The position numbers were made by a program, and so were the translations under genes. A model generated the notes under the pieces. It searched no databases and was not told where the DNA came from. It saw only the letters and a list, made by a program, of their open reading frames with translations. Positions 12,624 through 25,606 of a DNA stretch of 64,000 nt are shown here, piece after piece. The DNA is taken from positions 49,337 through 113,336 of the forward strand of contig CDMY01000339.1 in NCBI GenBank assembly GCA_001179505.1. Reading direction: 5' to 3'. Origin of the DNA: Vitrella brassicaformis CCMP3155. Taxonomy: Eukaryota > Protista > Chromerida. Numbering within the stretch: position 1 is the stretch's first letter; every line of letters starts with the position of its first letter.

Positions 12624-12731
12624 ACGCATCCTCGTGATTCCCACTCAGGTATGCATCCTCGTGATTCCCACTCAGGTATGCATCCTCGTGATTCCCACTC
12701 AGGTATGCATCCTCGTGATTCCCACTCGGAT
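12624..12731 (+). repeat. 27-bp tandem repeat x4 inside the retrotransposon ORF
   Basis: Unit ATGCATCCTCGTGATTCCCACTCAGGT, encoding MHPRDSHSG in frame. Confidence 0.95.
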
Positions 12732-15573
12732 GAGTCCAAGTGCCGAGGTGGTCCTGAGTCGTGTGCTTCCCGTCACACGCCCCATACGCCAAATCCGCAG
12801 CCAGCCCTGCCCCCTAGGCTGGGTCGTCCCCCCTCCCCGCCCCCTCTCCCTCCCGACGCACCTGCGAACGGCCCTACCACGAGGGCATGGAGCGCAGACG
12901 ACCCACTCCGTATGCTCGAGGCGGCGTATGGGGACTCGTTCGTGACGGACATATCGGAGAGGCCAGCCCTCGGCACATGGGAGGAGCGCCACTATCGCCT
13001 CGCCACCCGCGGGCTCACCCCACATAGGTTCCTCGTGCCCGGCGGGTCGCAGGGCGAGGGGGTGGTCAAGCTCATCACGCGAGAACTGAACGGCTTCAAC
13101 GACCACGGCAGGTCCATGTCGCCCTTCATGTGAACAACGGCCCTCGTTCTCTTGCGCGACCCCGACATGGACACGCAGGAGGCCACGAAGGGCTGCATCA
13201 AGCGCCGGGCGGCCCTGTGGAGGGATGATGAGTTTGAGGTCCTGGTGGCCGAGGTGGAGGACGTGCAGACCCGCTTGGAGGAGTCGGCGGAGAAGGCCAA
13301 GCGACGCGGGGCAGCCAAGAGGGCGGCGTCTTCCCCAGCCCGCTTCAGATCTGCTCGCGCCGGGCGGATCAGGGCTATCGATCGTTTCAAGACCATGATT
13401 GGGCAGGGCAGGACGACCGCAGCCGTCAAGCACATCACCAACCGTGCCGGAGGGGGCCCGATGCAGCCAGGCGACCCGGCCGACCCAGTCAACGCACCCG
13501 GCAGGACCGTCCTCGACGTGCTGCGCGGGAAGCACCCACCCAGGCACCCGCCCGCCCCCGGTCCCTTCACAGAGCCCCCCGAGGAGCTGCCGAAGTGCCG
13601 GCCAGCCGTCGTCACCGAGGCGCACATCGAGAGGGCCGCCCGCCAGATCCGTGGGGGGGCCGGACCGGTGGCGGGAGACGCCAGAGTGTGGGAGGCTCTG
13701 CTGCTCAAGTACGACGCGAGCAAGCAGCTGAGGGAGGCCTTCGCGAGGGCGACGAACAAGATCAACAGTGAGAACGTCGACTGGAGGACCATCGCGGCGC
13801 TGAGGGATGCTCGCCTCATCGCGCTCGACAAGCAGCCCGGCGTACGGCCCATCGGCATAGGGGAGGTGCCCTTCCGCATCATGACCAAGGCGATCTGCAT
13901 CGCGGCGCGGAGAGAGGTGGAACAGGCGTGTGGGACACTGCAGCTGTGCGCGGGCCAACAGGGCGGGATAGAGGCCGCCTGCCACGTGGTATCATCGCTC
14001 ATGACAGGGGAGCCCCTCGAGCCCATCCACCCACCCCCATCCGAAGCGCCAGCCGACAATGCCGCTAGCTCCCCTGCCCCTCCCCCGCCCCCACTGCCAC
14101 CCATCTGTGTGAAGGCGATGCTGGCGTTGGACGGGACGAACGCCTGGAACACCACCGCCCGTCCGAACGCGCTGTGGCAGGTCCGCCGGTGGTGGCCATC
14201 TGCCTCCCGCTTCATATGGAACGTCTACAAGTTCCCCGCCCGCCTCCACGTGGGCCGCGGCACGCCACACCTGTACAGCAGGGAGGGGGTGACCCAGGGG
14301 GACCCCGCCGCCTCGCTCATCTTCGCCTGCGCCTCACTCCCGATGTTCGAGGAGTTGCAGCGCCACCACCCTCGTGTCATCCAGGTCAACTTCGCTGATG
14401 ACGGGTCTGGGCTGGGGGACTTGCCTGACTTGCGGGGCTACCTTGACGATGCGATTGAGCTGGGGAAGGAGATTCGGTACCTGATCAACACGAAGAAGTG
14501 CGTCCTAGTGGTGCAGCCGGGCGATGAGGAGGAGGCCGCTTGTCTTTTCGAGGGGACGGAGGTGCGGATCGTGACGGACGCGGAGCATCTGGGGGCCATG
14601 GTGGGCACGCCCGAGGCGGGGAGGGCGTATGTGCAGCAGAAGGTCGCCGAGTTCGTTGCTGACGTCCGGGCGCTCAGCGAAGCCGCGTCGCGCGTCCCCC
14701 AGGAGGCCCTGTACGCGGCGGCCAAGTCCCTGCAGGCCAAGTGGATCTACCTGCGGCGGGTCATGCACACCACCTGTGAGGACTTCGAGGTCCTCCGCGA
14801 CACCATCACCGACACGTTCCTGCCCGCACTCGTCGGCACCCCACAGCCCCTCTCTGACGACATGAAGCGGCTGCTCCTTCGCCCTGTGCGCCACGGCGGC
14901 ATCGGCCTTGTCGACCCGTCCTTCCGTGCTCCCCTTTCGGCCCCACTTGACGGGCAGACCGACCTCTGTCAGCTCACGCGCAAGGCCTCCCGGGCGGGCA
15001 CCACCATCCTCGCCCACGCCATCGCCACCTCCGCCCCTCGTCTCCCCGCCGCAACGCATCGCAGCCAGATGCACAGGGCCAGGAGAGTCTTCCGAGAGTC
15101 CCTCGATGAGACCTTCGCCCACGACTCGACAGCCATCATCGGCCGCCTCCCTCTCGGCCAGGCCAGGGCCGCAGAGCGTACTCGCTGCAACGACACGGGG
15201 CAGTTCATGACTGTCCGCCCGTCCCAGCTGGACGACACCGACCTCAGTGCACTCGAGTTTCGTGACGCCATGTGCCACCGGTACGGCCTGCCCCACCAGG
15301 ACATGCCAGACAAGTGCGACGGCGAGCGCCCGAATGGGGCGAGGTGCGGTGCCGACTTCACCGTCCAACACGCGCTTGGCTGCTCCCTGGGCGGGCTGGT
15401 GTACGCCAAACACGACCGGCTCAAGCACGAGGTCGGCGGCCTGTGTCAGCTGGGAGGACTCAAGGTGGCGTACGAGCACACGGTGTGGAAGGAGACCGCC
15501 CACGCCGCCGCCGCCCGCGACCCCCGTGCCGTTCCCTTGGGTGTGACCCCCTGCGACGGTGCCGGCCACCCCC

Positions 15574-15873
15574 NNNNNNNNNNNNNNNNNNNNNNNNNNN
15601 NNNNNNNNNNNNNNNNNNNNNNNNNNNNNNNNNNNNNNNNNNNNNNNNNNNNNNNNNNNNNNNNNNNNNNNNNNNNNNNNNNNNNNNNNNNNNNNNNNNN
15701 NNNNNNNNNNNNNNNNNNNNNNNNNNNNNNNNNNNNNNNNNNNNNNNNNNNNNNNNNNNNNNNNNNNNNNNNNNNNNNNNNNNNNNNNNNNNNNNNNNNN
15801 NNNNNNNNNNNNNNNNNNNNNNNNNNNNNNNNNNNNNNNNNNNNNNNNNNNNNNNNNNNNNNNNNNNNNNNNN
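15574..15873. other. Assembly gap of 300 N (others: 53411-53710, 56510-56809, 58590-58889)
   Basis: Runs of N of identical length, so the true gap sizes are unknown. Confidence 1.
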
Positions 15874-16589
15874 GACGTGTGACGGCGTCTATGGGAGGGA
15901 GGCCGATCGCTTCATTCGCCGCTTGGCGGAGCTCATCAACAAGAGGGGCGCATGGGACAGATATGGTGTTGGCCGGGTCGAGCAATGGATTCGGGCGCGG
16001 CTGTCAGTGTGCCTGGCTCGTTCGGTGTCTGCGTGTCTGCGTCGGCCCAGGAGGAAGGGCCGGTGGCATTGGTTGTATCAGAGGGGGCGTTGGGGTGATG
16101 GGGCAGGGATGTTCGTGCCTGGGGAGCCTCTCATTTTCTGAGGGTGCCCCCCCTGTGAGTAGGCGTGTGGGGATAGTGTGTGTTGATTGGCCTGGCTGCC
16201 TGTCAGTCTGGTTGGTAGTCTGTCTATCTGTCTGTCAGTCCGCATGTCTGTCCACTGCATTCGCGTGTGCTGCTCATGAGCATTGTTTGTCCATTTGAGT
16301 GTCTGTAGCTCGTTATCATTGCATTGCGATCGACTGTTCATGTTTGTCCGTGCCGTGGACCAACGCGTGTGTGGCCCCCGGCGCATCGTTACACATCAAT
16401 CAATCTCTTGTGAAACCGCTGGAGGTGAGACTTCGACACGTACTTCCGCAACAGGAACGGACACCAGCGAGGTCTTCTGAGCGTTGGCACTGCGGCACAG
16501 GGCAGATCTGGAGAACGTCACCACCGGAGCGCTAGCATTCTAACGGTCCGCCGCGACCGAGTGTTGGAGCCGTCAATTGGCCGTCAACG

Positions 16590-17805
16590 GCGACTTCCTT
16601 CTGTGTCTGAGCCCTGCTGCCTCTTTGTTGCCGTGCCATGAGCAGCCTTCTGGAGCCGTCCGTGAGTGTCCGATTTGCCTCGTCGGCCCTCTCGCGATTT
16701 GGGTACCTGGCGCGCTGTGCCCATGTCATCGAACAGACTGCGGGGTGGCCGATGATGGCCACACTCATCAAGGCGGCGAGTGCGTGTGGTCAGGCTGGCC
16801 AGATGCCCTTGGTGCTGTCGGCCGAGTGGCTGGCGGGTGTCCTGCCTGACAAGGCCAGCTTCCATCGGCTGCCTATTGCGATGGCCGTCTACAAGACGCT
16901 GGGCCATCCGCTGGCAGAGGGGCTTCGGCTGACGGAGTTTTATCACAAAAAGGAGATCCTTGTCGCCCGTGTCCTGCTTGCGGCATCCTACATCGTCTTC
17001 CTCATCGTCTTCCTCCTTTTCCTCGGAGCGATCGGTTATATCTGCGTCATGCTGATGATACCGTTAACGTTCCGCATCAGGGATTTGCTTCAGGAGGAGA
17101 ATCAGCTGGGGGATGAGGTGTTGGTGTGTCGGTGCCTCATTGACACCATTCCTATCAGCGCCTCATCCCGTGTACGGCTCGTGGTGGTCCTCTTAACAAT
17201 GAATTACGTCATCGCACTGACCTTGGGGGTCTGCTTAACAAGCACAGCCGTGAAGGCCAGCTGCGCAGCAGGACTGTGGTGGCAAAACCTCACAGCACTA
17301 CCGCATCGGCGAGAGAACGTTTCGCGTCATCGGTCAGCGCGAGGAATCCTGTTGCGGCGAATGGAGGTATTCCGAGAGCGACCCGCCCGTCAACTCAAAG
17401 GGCCGCATCTATCGCTCATTCAGCGCACTCGCCCTTGACGCACTGATGGAAGTCGCATCTTTCAGCCACAGGACGGTGGTCGAGGCCGAAGTGGGCCGGA
17501 GCCATGTCGGCTATCAGCGCTTCGTGTGTGATCCCTTGACGAGCGGCCAACTCGATTCGTCGGTTATCGATTGGCGAGCGGCAGAGGTGGGGACAGTCCG
17601 CATGGTGGTGCTGCTGGTCGGTGGCCTCTCTGTGGTGGCCTCCGTATCGCTCTGTGGCGGACGCGTCATGATCAAGACGACTGAGAGGGAGGCGGTGGGC
17701 GGCTCGTCTGTCGATGAGCGGTTCCCTCTCACGATGGCTGCCGTCCGGCAGCTGCTGATGCGATTTGGACTCGAAGACAACACGGTCGGCCCACTGCAAC
17801 CTTGA
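16590..17805 (+). pseudogene. Member of a lineage-specific expanded protein family with a hydrophobic insert; ORF is broken
   Basis: ORFs 16638-17438 and 17446-17805. C-terminal motif TTEREAVGGSSVDERFPLTMAAVRQLL resembles ATEAAVGG...EDRFPMTTRLARVML (~63170-63260) and FKHRFPLTTRLARVVL (~59870). Confidence 0.55.
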
Positions 17806-18222
17806 CTGACCGTCACTTCGGTGGGCGGCCTGGATGTGTGTGGGGGAACAAGAGATGGGGTGAGAGAGGGGGCTGCTCGGTGTGCTGGGGGTGCTGTCAC
17901 GTCTGGATCGACGGATTGCGACTGAAGGAATGCGTGATGGGCCTTTACATATTTGCCGATAAATGCGTTGCAATGCATTGATGGATAAACGGCATATGCA
18001 CACCCTCTCGCGGCAGTGCATCCATCCAATCCGTTCCCGCATATATCTATTTACACACCCCACCATCACAGGCAGTATACACCATCAGCATACACATGGG
18101 AAGGCGTACGAACGTGTGGAGGCATAAGTGACGCATAGAGAAGCGAATCATACCTCCGTGCAGACACGGCACCCAGCCGATGCATGCCCTTCCCTCTCTC
18201 ATTCCCTACACGCCTATGTCAC

Positions 18223-19400
18223 CTACTGCCCGTCCACCACATGCAGCACCTCCAGATCATCAGCCATGAACTCTACCGACACGCCCAGACAAGCATGGCC
18301 AGAGCCCGCAAGCACATTGGGGCCGGGGTGGTTCTGACGGCAGCTGCGCATGTCGGCAGTCAGCTCTTCACTGCTATGGCCCAGCCACATATACCCACCG
18401 ATCCGCACCTTCGTACCATACACTTCCTGCCTCCCCGCCACATACACATGTTGCTTCTCTCGGTCGATGTCGATCTTGGTGGGCTGGGGGAAAAGGCCGG
18501 CCAGCGAGAAATGCCACAGATCACAGTCGTAGGCGTTCCAGTCGGTGGGGTCGTCGGGCAGCTTCAAACCGCCACTGACGAAGGCGCCGAAGACGTACTC
18601 GTCCTTGCGGATGACAAACACCAATCGCGTCTTGTCGCCGACACACCGCAGCATATCGCCGTAGGTGGTTCCGTCACGCGATGCCCTGATGCAGACACAG
18701 TCATACACAGTGTTATCTGAGTGTGTGTGTCGGCTGCATGCGTACCGGTAGAGTGACCGCAGCTTCATGGTGTGGTCGCCCAGCAGTCCGACAAGGCCGT
18801 AGTACTCCTGATGTGTCAGCGAGGTGCCCTCAGGCAGACTCACCTGCCCAGCCACACACATATGAGCATGGCAGCAGAATGCATCTTTGCTGTTGGATCG
18901 TCCGTACCAATCGCATGCGCATCGCCAGCAATGAGAGAACGGCCTGACGGGCTAAGTGGTTTGGCCGAACGTCAGCCTCCTCAGTCTCGTCCCTGACCGA
19001 TTGGAAACATGAGGCCATTCACACCCATGTGTGTCCCCTCCATGTGTCTGAGTGTACCTGCATTCGGGGCACTTGGCTGCACGACGGCCATAGGGGTGAT
19101 GGCGCACGAGGTTCCTGACACACTGCAACACAGCACAACAGACAGTGCAGCAAAGAGCCGTGCAGCCTCGGTCTGTGTGAGCCACACACCTTGGCACAGA
19201 ATGAGTGACCTGAGAGAGATACCACAGCAGGTGCGGACACAAACCACACAGGCGGTACATAGTGTGTTATCACGTCCTCACCGCATCTGAGCACTTCCGG
19301 TGCCTTGTCGCCGTCTGGTTGGTATTCCTCCTGACACACGCCACACTCAAGCGTACCAGCAGCAGCAGCAGATGAGGCGCCATGTCCATGCGTCAACCTG
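18223..19400 (-). CDS. RING (C3HC4) + TLDc domain protein
   Basis: Spliced CGVC...LRCGHSFCAKC...KCPECR, then KLRSLYRASRDG...LVFVIRKDEYVFGAF...FMADDLEVL. Frame is continuous across 5 GT-AG introns; the start codon is uncertain. Confidence 0.85.
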
Positions 19401-19967
19401 CACGATGAATGAGTGAATCCATTCAAATCATTGCCACCATCGATATCTCACCTGCAGCTGGTGTGTCCTTCGTGTCTATGCTATTGCTCTCAGACAGCTG
19501 CTGCAGAACCTCAGATCTACAGTCATTCAATTTGCAGAGCCAATGCGTGCGCTCGGGAGTGTCTGCTGGCCCCACTGCCGATCTGACCTGGCTCGATGCA
19601 GCCATGAAAGAGCCCAATTACTCCAGAGGCGAGGATTCGAAGCCAACGGGCCAGAGGGGTTACAGGGTAGGGTTTGAAACCCTCAGCCCTACGAGCTGTC
19701 AACGTTTGAGTGCCTTTCCACAGCTGTGCGTTGCGAGTGTGACGCATTCGCTGAGAGAAAGGCGTAGCGAATCAGTGGAGTCATCCGTCACACCGCCGCC
19801 CTGTCGACTGGTGTGGTGGGACGGCGGGCCGCTGAGCTGCCAGATAGCAGAGGTGAGAGGCCACTGATCCATTCAGTCGCCTCAATGCGCTGACCTTCTT
19901 TGTCTGTGAGCATCTCTCTCTCGTGTGCTGTCGGCTCATCAACCACTGCAGGCGTGTTGGTTCGGTG

Positions 19968-21417
19968 ATGGCGGCCTCCTCATCTGCCGCTGCTGCTGCT
20001 GGTGCTACTGGCAGCTCATCGTCGGCCAAGGGCGACGCAAAGCAGCCATGCGGTCGGTGAGCCACCACATCCATCCATCCATCCATGAGCAAGGCATATT
20101 TCATGTGATGTGTCCTGTTTGTGTATGCCGTGGTGCTTATCTATGGGTGTGCAGGTCATAAGTTCCATGGGCAGGTACGCATCTCTCACTGTACCGACAA
20201 GAGACCATCGCAGCAGCATATGTCTTATGTGTGTGTGCACCTCTCTGCTGGCTGCAGTGTCTGCTGGGCATGGTTCGCCCGCGCCCCTTTGGCTTCACTG
20301 CTGGGCCGTCTGCTGGCCTGCCGAAGTGCAGCGGGCGATGTGGGAGGGGTGGCAGTGGCAGCGATGACAGTGCGGCTGGCGGCCAACAGGGTGGGCCTCA
20401 GATGCTGACAGTCCACGGTGAGCAGCAGTCGACACAGATACAGAGAGGTGCAATGGGTGTCTGCCTTGTGTGTGTCATGCAGGCCATTCTGTGTGTTTGG
20501 AGGTGAGTATCCACAGAAGGTCATGAATGGCCCCACTCACTCAGTCCTCCTGTCTGCCATTCCTTCCTTTGTCCGTCAGTGTGCTGTGCAGTGGCAAGAC
20601 TACGGCCGTCATAACAGTGTCAGCCAGCCAATCTGCCCCGTATGCCGGTAGGTGCACATCTGACAACACACATGGACAGATGATGCACAGCACATTAGCG
20701 TGGCCATCCCTCCCTCTCTGTGTGTCTTGGTTTGTGGTGCGGTGTTTGTCAGGGCCGGCTTTGCGTGGGCGAGGGGCGGCAGCTCCATCGGCCTCTCGTA
20801 CGTGGCGCACATCGCCAAGTGGCTGCAGCGCGAGAAGAAGCTCACACTCATCTACAAGTACACACACAGACACTCACACACACGCACAGTCATGTGATGT
20901 GTCCTTGATGTGTCTGTCCATCAGGGCATTGCGTGACGGCGCCAAGTATGATGATTTGCTGCGGTGTGTGGGCGATAAGAGGCGATTGGTCTTCGTCATC
21001 CGCAAGGACGAGTACGTCTTGGGCGCCTTCATCAGTGAAGGCCTTCAGCTGCCCGACGACCGCACCGACAGCCACTACTATGGGTGTGACGTGTGGTATT
21101 TCTCGCTGGGCGGCCACTTCGCCCAGCCGACCAAGATAGACATCCCACGAATGTGTCAGTTTGTGTATCTGGCGGGGAGGGATGGGAGTGTGGGTGGTGG
21201 TGCGAGGGTGGAGCTCGGTGAGTGTCTGTATTTGGGTGACGGCCATGGCAGTCGCCGGCCCGCTGCCGACATCCGCAGCTGTTATCAGTACGCCCACAGG
21301 GACGATGTGCCCGCGGGCTATGTGGTCGCTAGAAATAGATATGGCCATGCCCTGCTGGGCGGGTCGGAGTGTTTCCATGCGGATGAGATTGAGATACTGA
21401 CTGTGGTGGCACAGTGA
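19968..21417 (+). CDS. Partial RING-H2-like + TLDc domain protein, possibly degenerate
   Basis: MAASSSAAAA...QPC|GHKFHGQ|C...ICPVCR, then KLTLIYK|ALRDG...YVLGAF...FHADEIEIL. The first CxxC pair of the RING is not found, and the middle exons are uncertain. Confidence 0.75.
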
Positions 21418-21502
21418 GTCAGTGAGGGGGGAGAGAGGGACGGGATGCATTTCTCCTGGCTTTATCTATCTACCCATCGGTGAGCGTCTGGCGGCCTCTG
21501 AT

Positions 21503-21841
21503 GTCGTGTCCGACTGTGACGTGTGGTATTTCTCGCTGGGCGGCCGCTTTGCCCAGCCGACCAAGATAGACATCCCACGAGGATATCAGTGTGTGTACGT
21601 GGCGGGGAGGGATGGGAGTGTGGGTGGTGCCGCGAATGTGCTGATCGGTGGGTATCTGTGGTTGGGCCACGGCAGCGACGAGCCGGCTGCCGACATCCGC
21701 AGCTGTGCAGAGTTTTCCGATAGCGGCAGTGTGCCTGCGGGCGATGTGGGGGAGAGGGATGGCTACGGCAATGCACTGCTGGGCGGGTCGCTGTATTTCC
21801 ATGCTGACGAGATGGAGGTGCTGCATGTGGGCGGCCGCTGA
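21503..21841 (+). pseudogene. Tandem partial duplicate of the C-terminal half of a TLDc domain
   Basis: CDVWYFSLGGRFAQPTKIDIPR...FHADEMEVL, highly similar to 21085-21417; the N-terminal half is missing. Confidence 0.85.
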
Positions 21842-22118
21842 GTGAGAGACGGGGGGAGGGGATACCGTGTCTCGCCGCCCAATGAACGGCTGTGGGTGTG
21901 AGGCGGATGGGATGGTGTACAGCGATTTCCCTTGTGTGTGTGTGTGCATATGATCCTATCCCATATATCGGTTTGGGGGAGAGACACTTACGTCAATCAA
22001 TGAGTCAAGTGTCCTTACACTCATGGCATGCATTGTTCCTTCCCGACCGGAGTTACTGCACACACGTCCTCAATCTACTCTACAATGCACTAAACTACAT
22101 ACACTGCTGCCACACGGT

Positions 22119-25100
22119 CTACACATTGAAGTTCTGCAGCCCGTCACGAATCACCAATGCACCAGCCTGACAGACACGCACACACACACAATCCCACAGA
22201 AGTGTGTCCTCGTTTGTACCTTTGCGTAGGTTTCGAGCAGCATCTTGCTCGACGTGTGGCGCATCACGGCCTGCAACACACACACAGCACATCCACACAG
22301 ATAGATATGGACTTGTCCATCCACCCGCACCCGCTCAAACTCACCTGAGCGACGGCGAGGGGCACCGGGGGATTGAACGTGGCGGACAGAGTAGCGAACG
22401 AATGCCTGCAATACAACAAAGAGACAGACAGATGAACATACTCATCAACACACGTGAGTGTGTGTGTGTGTGGCGGCTTGCCTGAGGATGTATGGGAAGA
22501 CTCTGCGAGTGCGGCCGTCCTCGGTCACATCAACACCAGCCCTGCACACACACACACATGTCAAGCAACCAGCCACAACGAAGGAGAGAGAGAGAGATGG
22601 GGACATACGACCACGCTCACACACACACAAATTACCTGCGGGCCGTGTTTTCTAGAGCGAGCTTGAAGCACCCTGCCAGCCACACACACATTCACACGTG
22701 TTTCTGGATTGGCTGCGCTCCCTGCCGGCCCGCCTCGCCGCCAATTTTTTACGAACGTATTTCTTTTTGCAGCGGTTGCGTCTTCATTTGGTCCTCGAAC
22801 ACGCGCTGGTAGAAACACCGACCTGCGCGGGCACACCCTTACTCATTCAGTGGTCCATCCATCCATCCATCGGTGTGTGTGCGTGTGGGTATGGGTATGG
22901 GTACCTGTGCGCGGCCTTTTCTCCAGCTCCCACCTACACACACATATGGCTGATGGATTGATGGTGTTGTCCCATGTGTGTCGGGTGTCCGTATGTGTGT
23001 TTGGCGGGGGGGGGGGGGCCTACCATTGTTTCATTTCTCTGAGTGCGATGGGCGTGAGGGGGATGGTGGCACCTGATGTGGACGTCTTGCTCCCTGACGC
23101 ATGCACGCACACACACACACACAAACACATCTGGTGTGATTCATTAGCGTGGTTTGGGTGTGTGTGTGTGTGAGTACCTCTGACTCGCAGAGTGGCCCTG
23201 TCCATATCGACATCCTCCCACCGAACCTGCACCAACTCGGAGGGTCTCAAGCCAAGACCTGCTCACACAACAAAGCCACGCGTGTGTGTGTGTGTGTGTG
23301 TGCAGACAGATACACGAACACACCCACCTGCGCCGAGCCCGAACAGGGCTCTATACATGGGAGACGAACATGCGTCGAGCAATCGACGCACCTGCACGCA
23401 GCGATGGGGATGGAACACACACTCGCAGACAGACAGACGGACACGTGCGCATGGCGTACCTCGTCAGCGGTGAAAGGGATGATCGGCCGGGTGCGTCGGG
23501 TTGACCCCTGCAGCACGTGCACACATCAACAGATGTGCAGAGGGTCAACAGTGGATGCATGTCTGTGTATGGTGTGACCTTGATGACTCTGAAGGGGGGC
23601 ATCTTGGCGACGCGGCCCGAATACACACCATACTTCAATGCGGCCTGAATCACAGACACATCGCACACACCCAGGGATATTCTGACACGCCAATGGCACC
23701 CACCCACCCACACACGCACTTGGTATGCTGCCTGGTGCAGTGAAAGAGTCCGCGCGCTGCAGCCTCTCTCCTTGAGCAACCTGATATATCAACGGATCCA
23801 CGCTTGACGCCATGGTCTCACGGTGTCTCTGTGTGTGTGGGCGATGGGTGGTATCTGTTTACCTACCTTAGGTAGTCTTCCCAGTGTTTCGGGGTGAGAT
23901 CAGTCAGCGGCACACTGCCCAAATGCTGCTCACACGCACATCATCACATACACAGAGGGAGGAGGGCCATGCCATCCGTCCGTATGTGTGTGTGTGGGGA
24001 CACTCACCTTGAGTATGTGTGTCCAGAATCCCTTTTCGACGCGAATGGTGTGCGCGCCGACCTCCTCTGCCCTACAGGTGGGTGGGTGGATCCACACACG
24101 CACACACGTGTGCTGTGGAGTGGAGTATGGGTGAATGCACTGACTGACTCACCTGACGGGCAGGAAAGTCTTGGTCACGAAATCTTTCAACGTTTCCTGA
24201 CGGACGAATCGATTATCGTGTTGACAGACAGACACATGCATCGATGGATGCACACACCGGTCGTTCGTCGATCTTGAAGCCGCACTCAGGGCAGAAGCGG
24301 GCCTTCTTGGGCAAAGACGCCCCACACGACGGACAAAAACCTGCGACACACACATGACTGCGCCCTTAGAAGAGAAAAGGTGTGTTCGTGTCCCGGATAC
24401 CTTTGTTGGTCTTGGCAGCTCCGGCGTCTTCTTCTTGTGGGTACAGAGGGGCAGCCGCCTGAAGCAGAAACAGAGGCATATGAATGTCTTTTCGTCTTCC
24501 TCCCTCCCTCCCTCCCTCCCTCCCTCTGTGTGTTTACTGACGAGGTGTTCTGCCCTCTGGCGCGCCATTTCTGTCTGCCGGATGGCCGTGTCAGGCCGCC
24601 TCGGATGACGATGCTGCTGATGGATACACACATGGACACCAAAACACACGTGAGGGCCTCTCGTGTGCGCGTGCACTCACCCCGTCTGTGTCGGTGTGGT
24701 CGGTGAGAATGGTGTGGATGATGTCGGCCTTCCTCATGTGCTTCGACACATAGCGATCCATCTACACTTACAAGAAAACACACAAGTGGGTCTGTCTGCA
24801 TATTCACGCAGGAACGCCCATTTCTTTACCTCTCTGCAGATGCTTTTGAGTTCCACCACAGTCAGCTTCTCGAGCGACGCCCTTGTGTGCCGATGGTGTG
24901 CGCCGCTGTGGTGATCCGCACCCACTGCAGATGCACCCGCCGCGCTGCACACGCGTAGACCACACACAAGAAACACATTCAGATGGTCACAGGATTGGTC
25001 TGCTCGAGGGGGAGGGAGGGAGCGCACCTGTCATCGCTTTCTGGGTCTCCTTGGTGCTGTGTGTGTCGGTCGCCATTGGCCGTCCTGTCGTTGTAGAGCA

Positions 25101-25574
25101 CCAGGCGGTCAATCAGCTCGTCCTTGCGGCCTTTAGCCGACACACACAATGTCCGGCTGTCATTGCAGACACACACACATACACACATACACACATACAC
25201 GTGGCTGTGTGCATCCTCCATCCATCCATCCATCAATGCGTACCAGATATCTCTCAGCTGAGTGACCTTCATGCCCTCGAGCGACGGTCGGTCGAATGGC
25301 CCATACCTGTAAGCACACACACAACACACGTCTGTGTCTGACCCCACTGCCTGCCGTAGAGCTCACTGGTCACTCATTGTAGTTGTTATGGGCGGCATGG
25401 AGGGTATTGGCAGCGGGGTGGGGTGGTCCATGACATCTGCACGCAACGCAACACAACACATCACAACGAAACTCACAGACACATGACTGTTGTGTTGTGT
25501 CTGCTTACGTACCTTTGCTGCCGCTCGTTCCTCTTTTCCCAAATGACACAGACGGGCGCTGTTTGCCACACACA

Positions 25575-25606
<32 letters not shown>

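Larger units (their letters stand above)
12440..16200 (+). mobile_element. CRE-like non-LTR retrotransposon (RT + CCHC + restriction-like endonuclease), 5'-truncated
   Basis: Intronless ORF with RT motifs RLIALDKQPGVRPIGIGE, LALDGTNAWN, EGVTQGDP, NFADDG, HLGAMVG; RHGGIGL; zinc knuckle CDG..CG..HALGC; C-terminus DGVYGREADRFIRRLAE...WIRARLSVCLAR, stop 16139-16141. One in-frame TGA at 13131-13133. The endonuclease core falls in the N gap 15574-15873. The 3' boundary is approximate. Confidence 0.92.

Noticed and set aside
12600-12625. tRNA or tRNA-derived SINE suggested by TTCGAATCC
   Set aside because: No acceptor stem, D-arm or anticodon arm can be built; only the palindrome is present.
12624-12731. 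27-bp repeats as a CRISPR array
   Set aside because: The units are contiguous with no spacers, are in frame within a retrotransposon ORF, and no cas genes are present.
12699-15569. Long minus-strand ORFs (428, 407 and 354 aa)
   Set aside because: They are antisense shadows of the GC-rich RT ORF, with no recognisable motifs.
19667-19682. AGGGTTTGAAACCCT telomere/telo-box-like hairpin between the RING-TLDc genes
   Set aside because: A single short occurrence that could be chance; no array.
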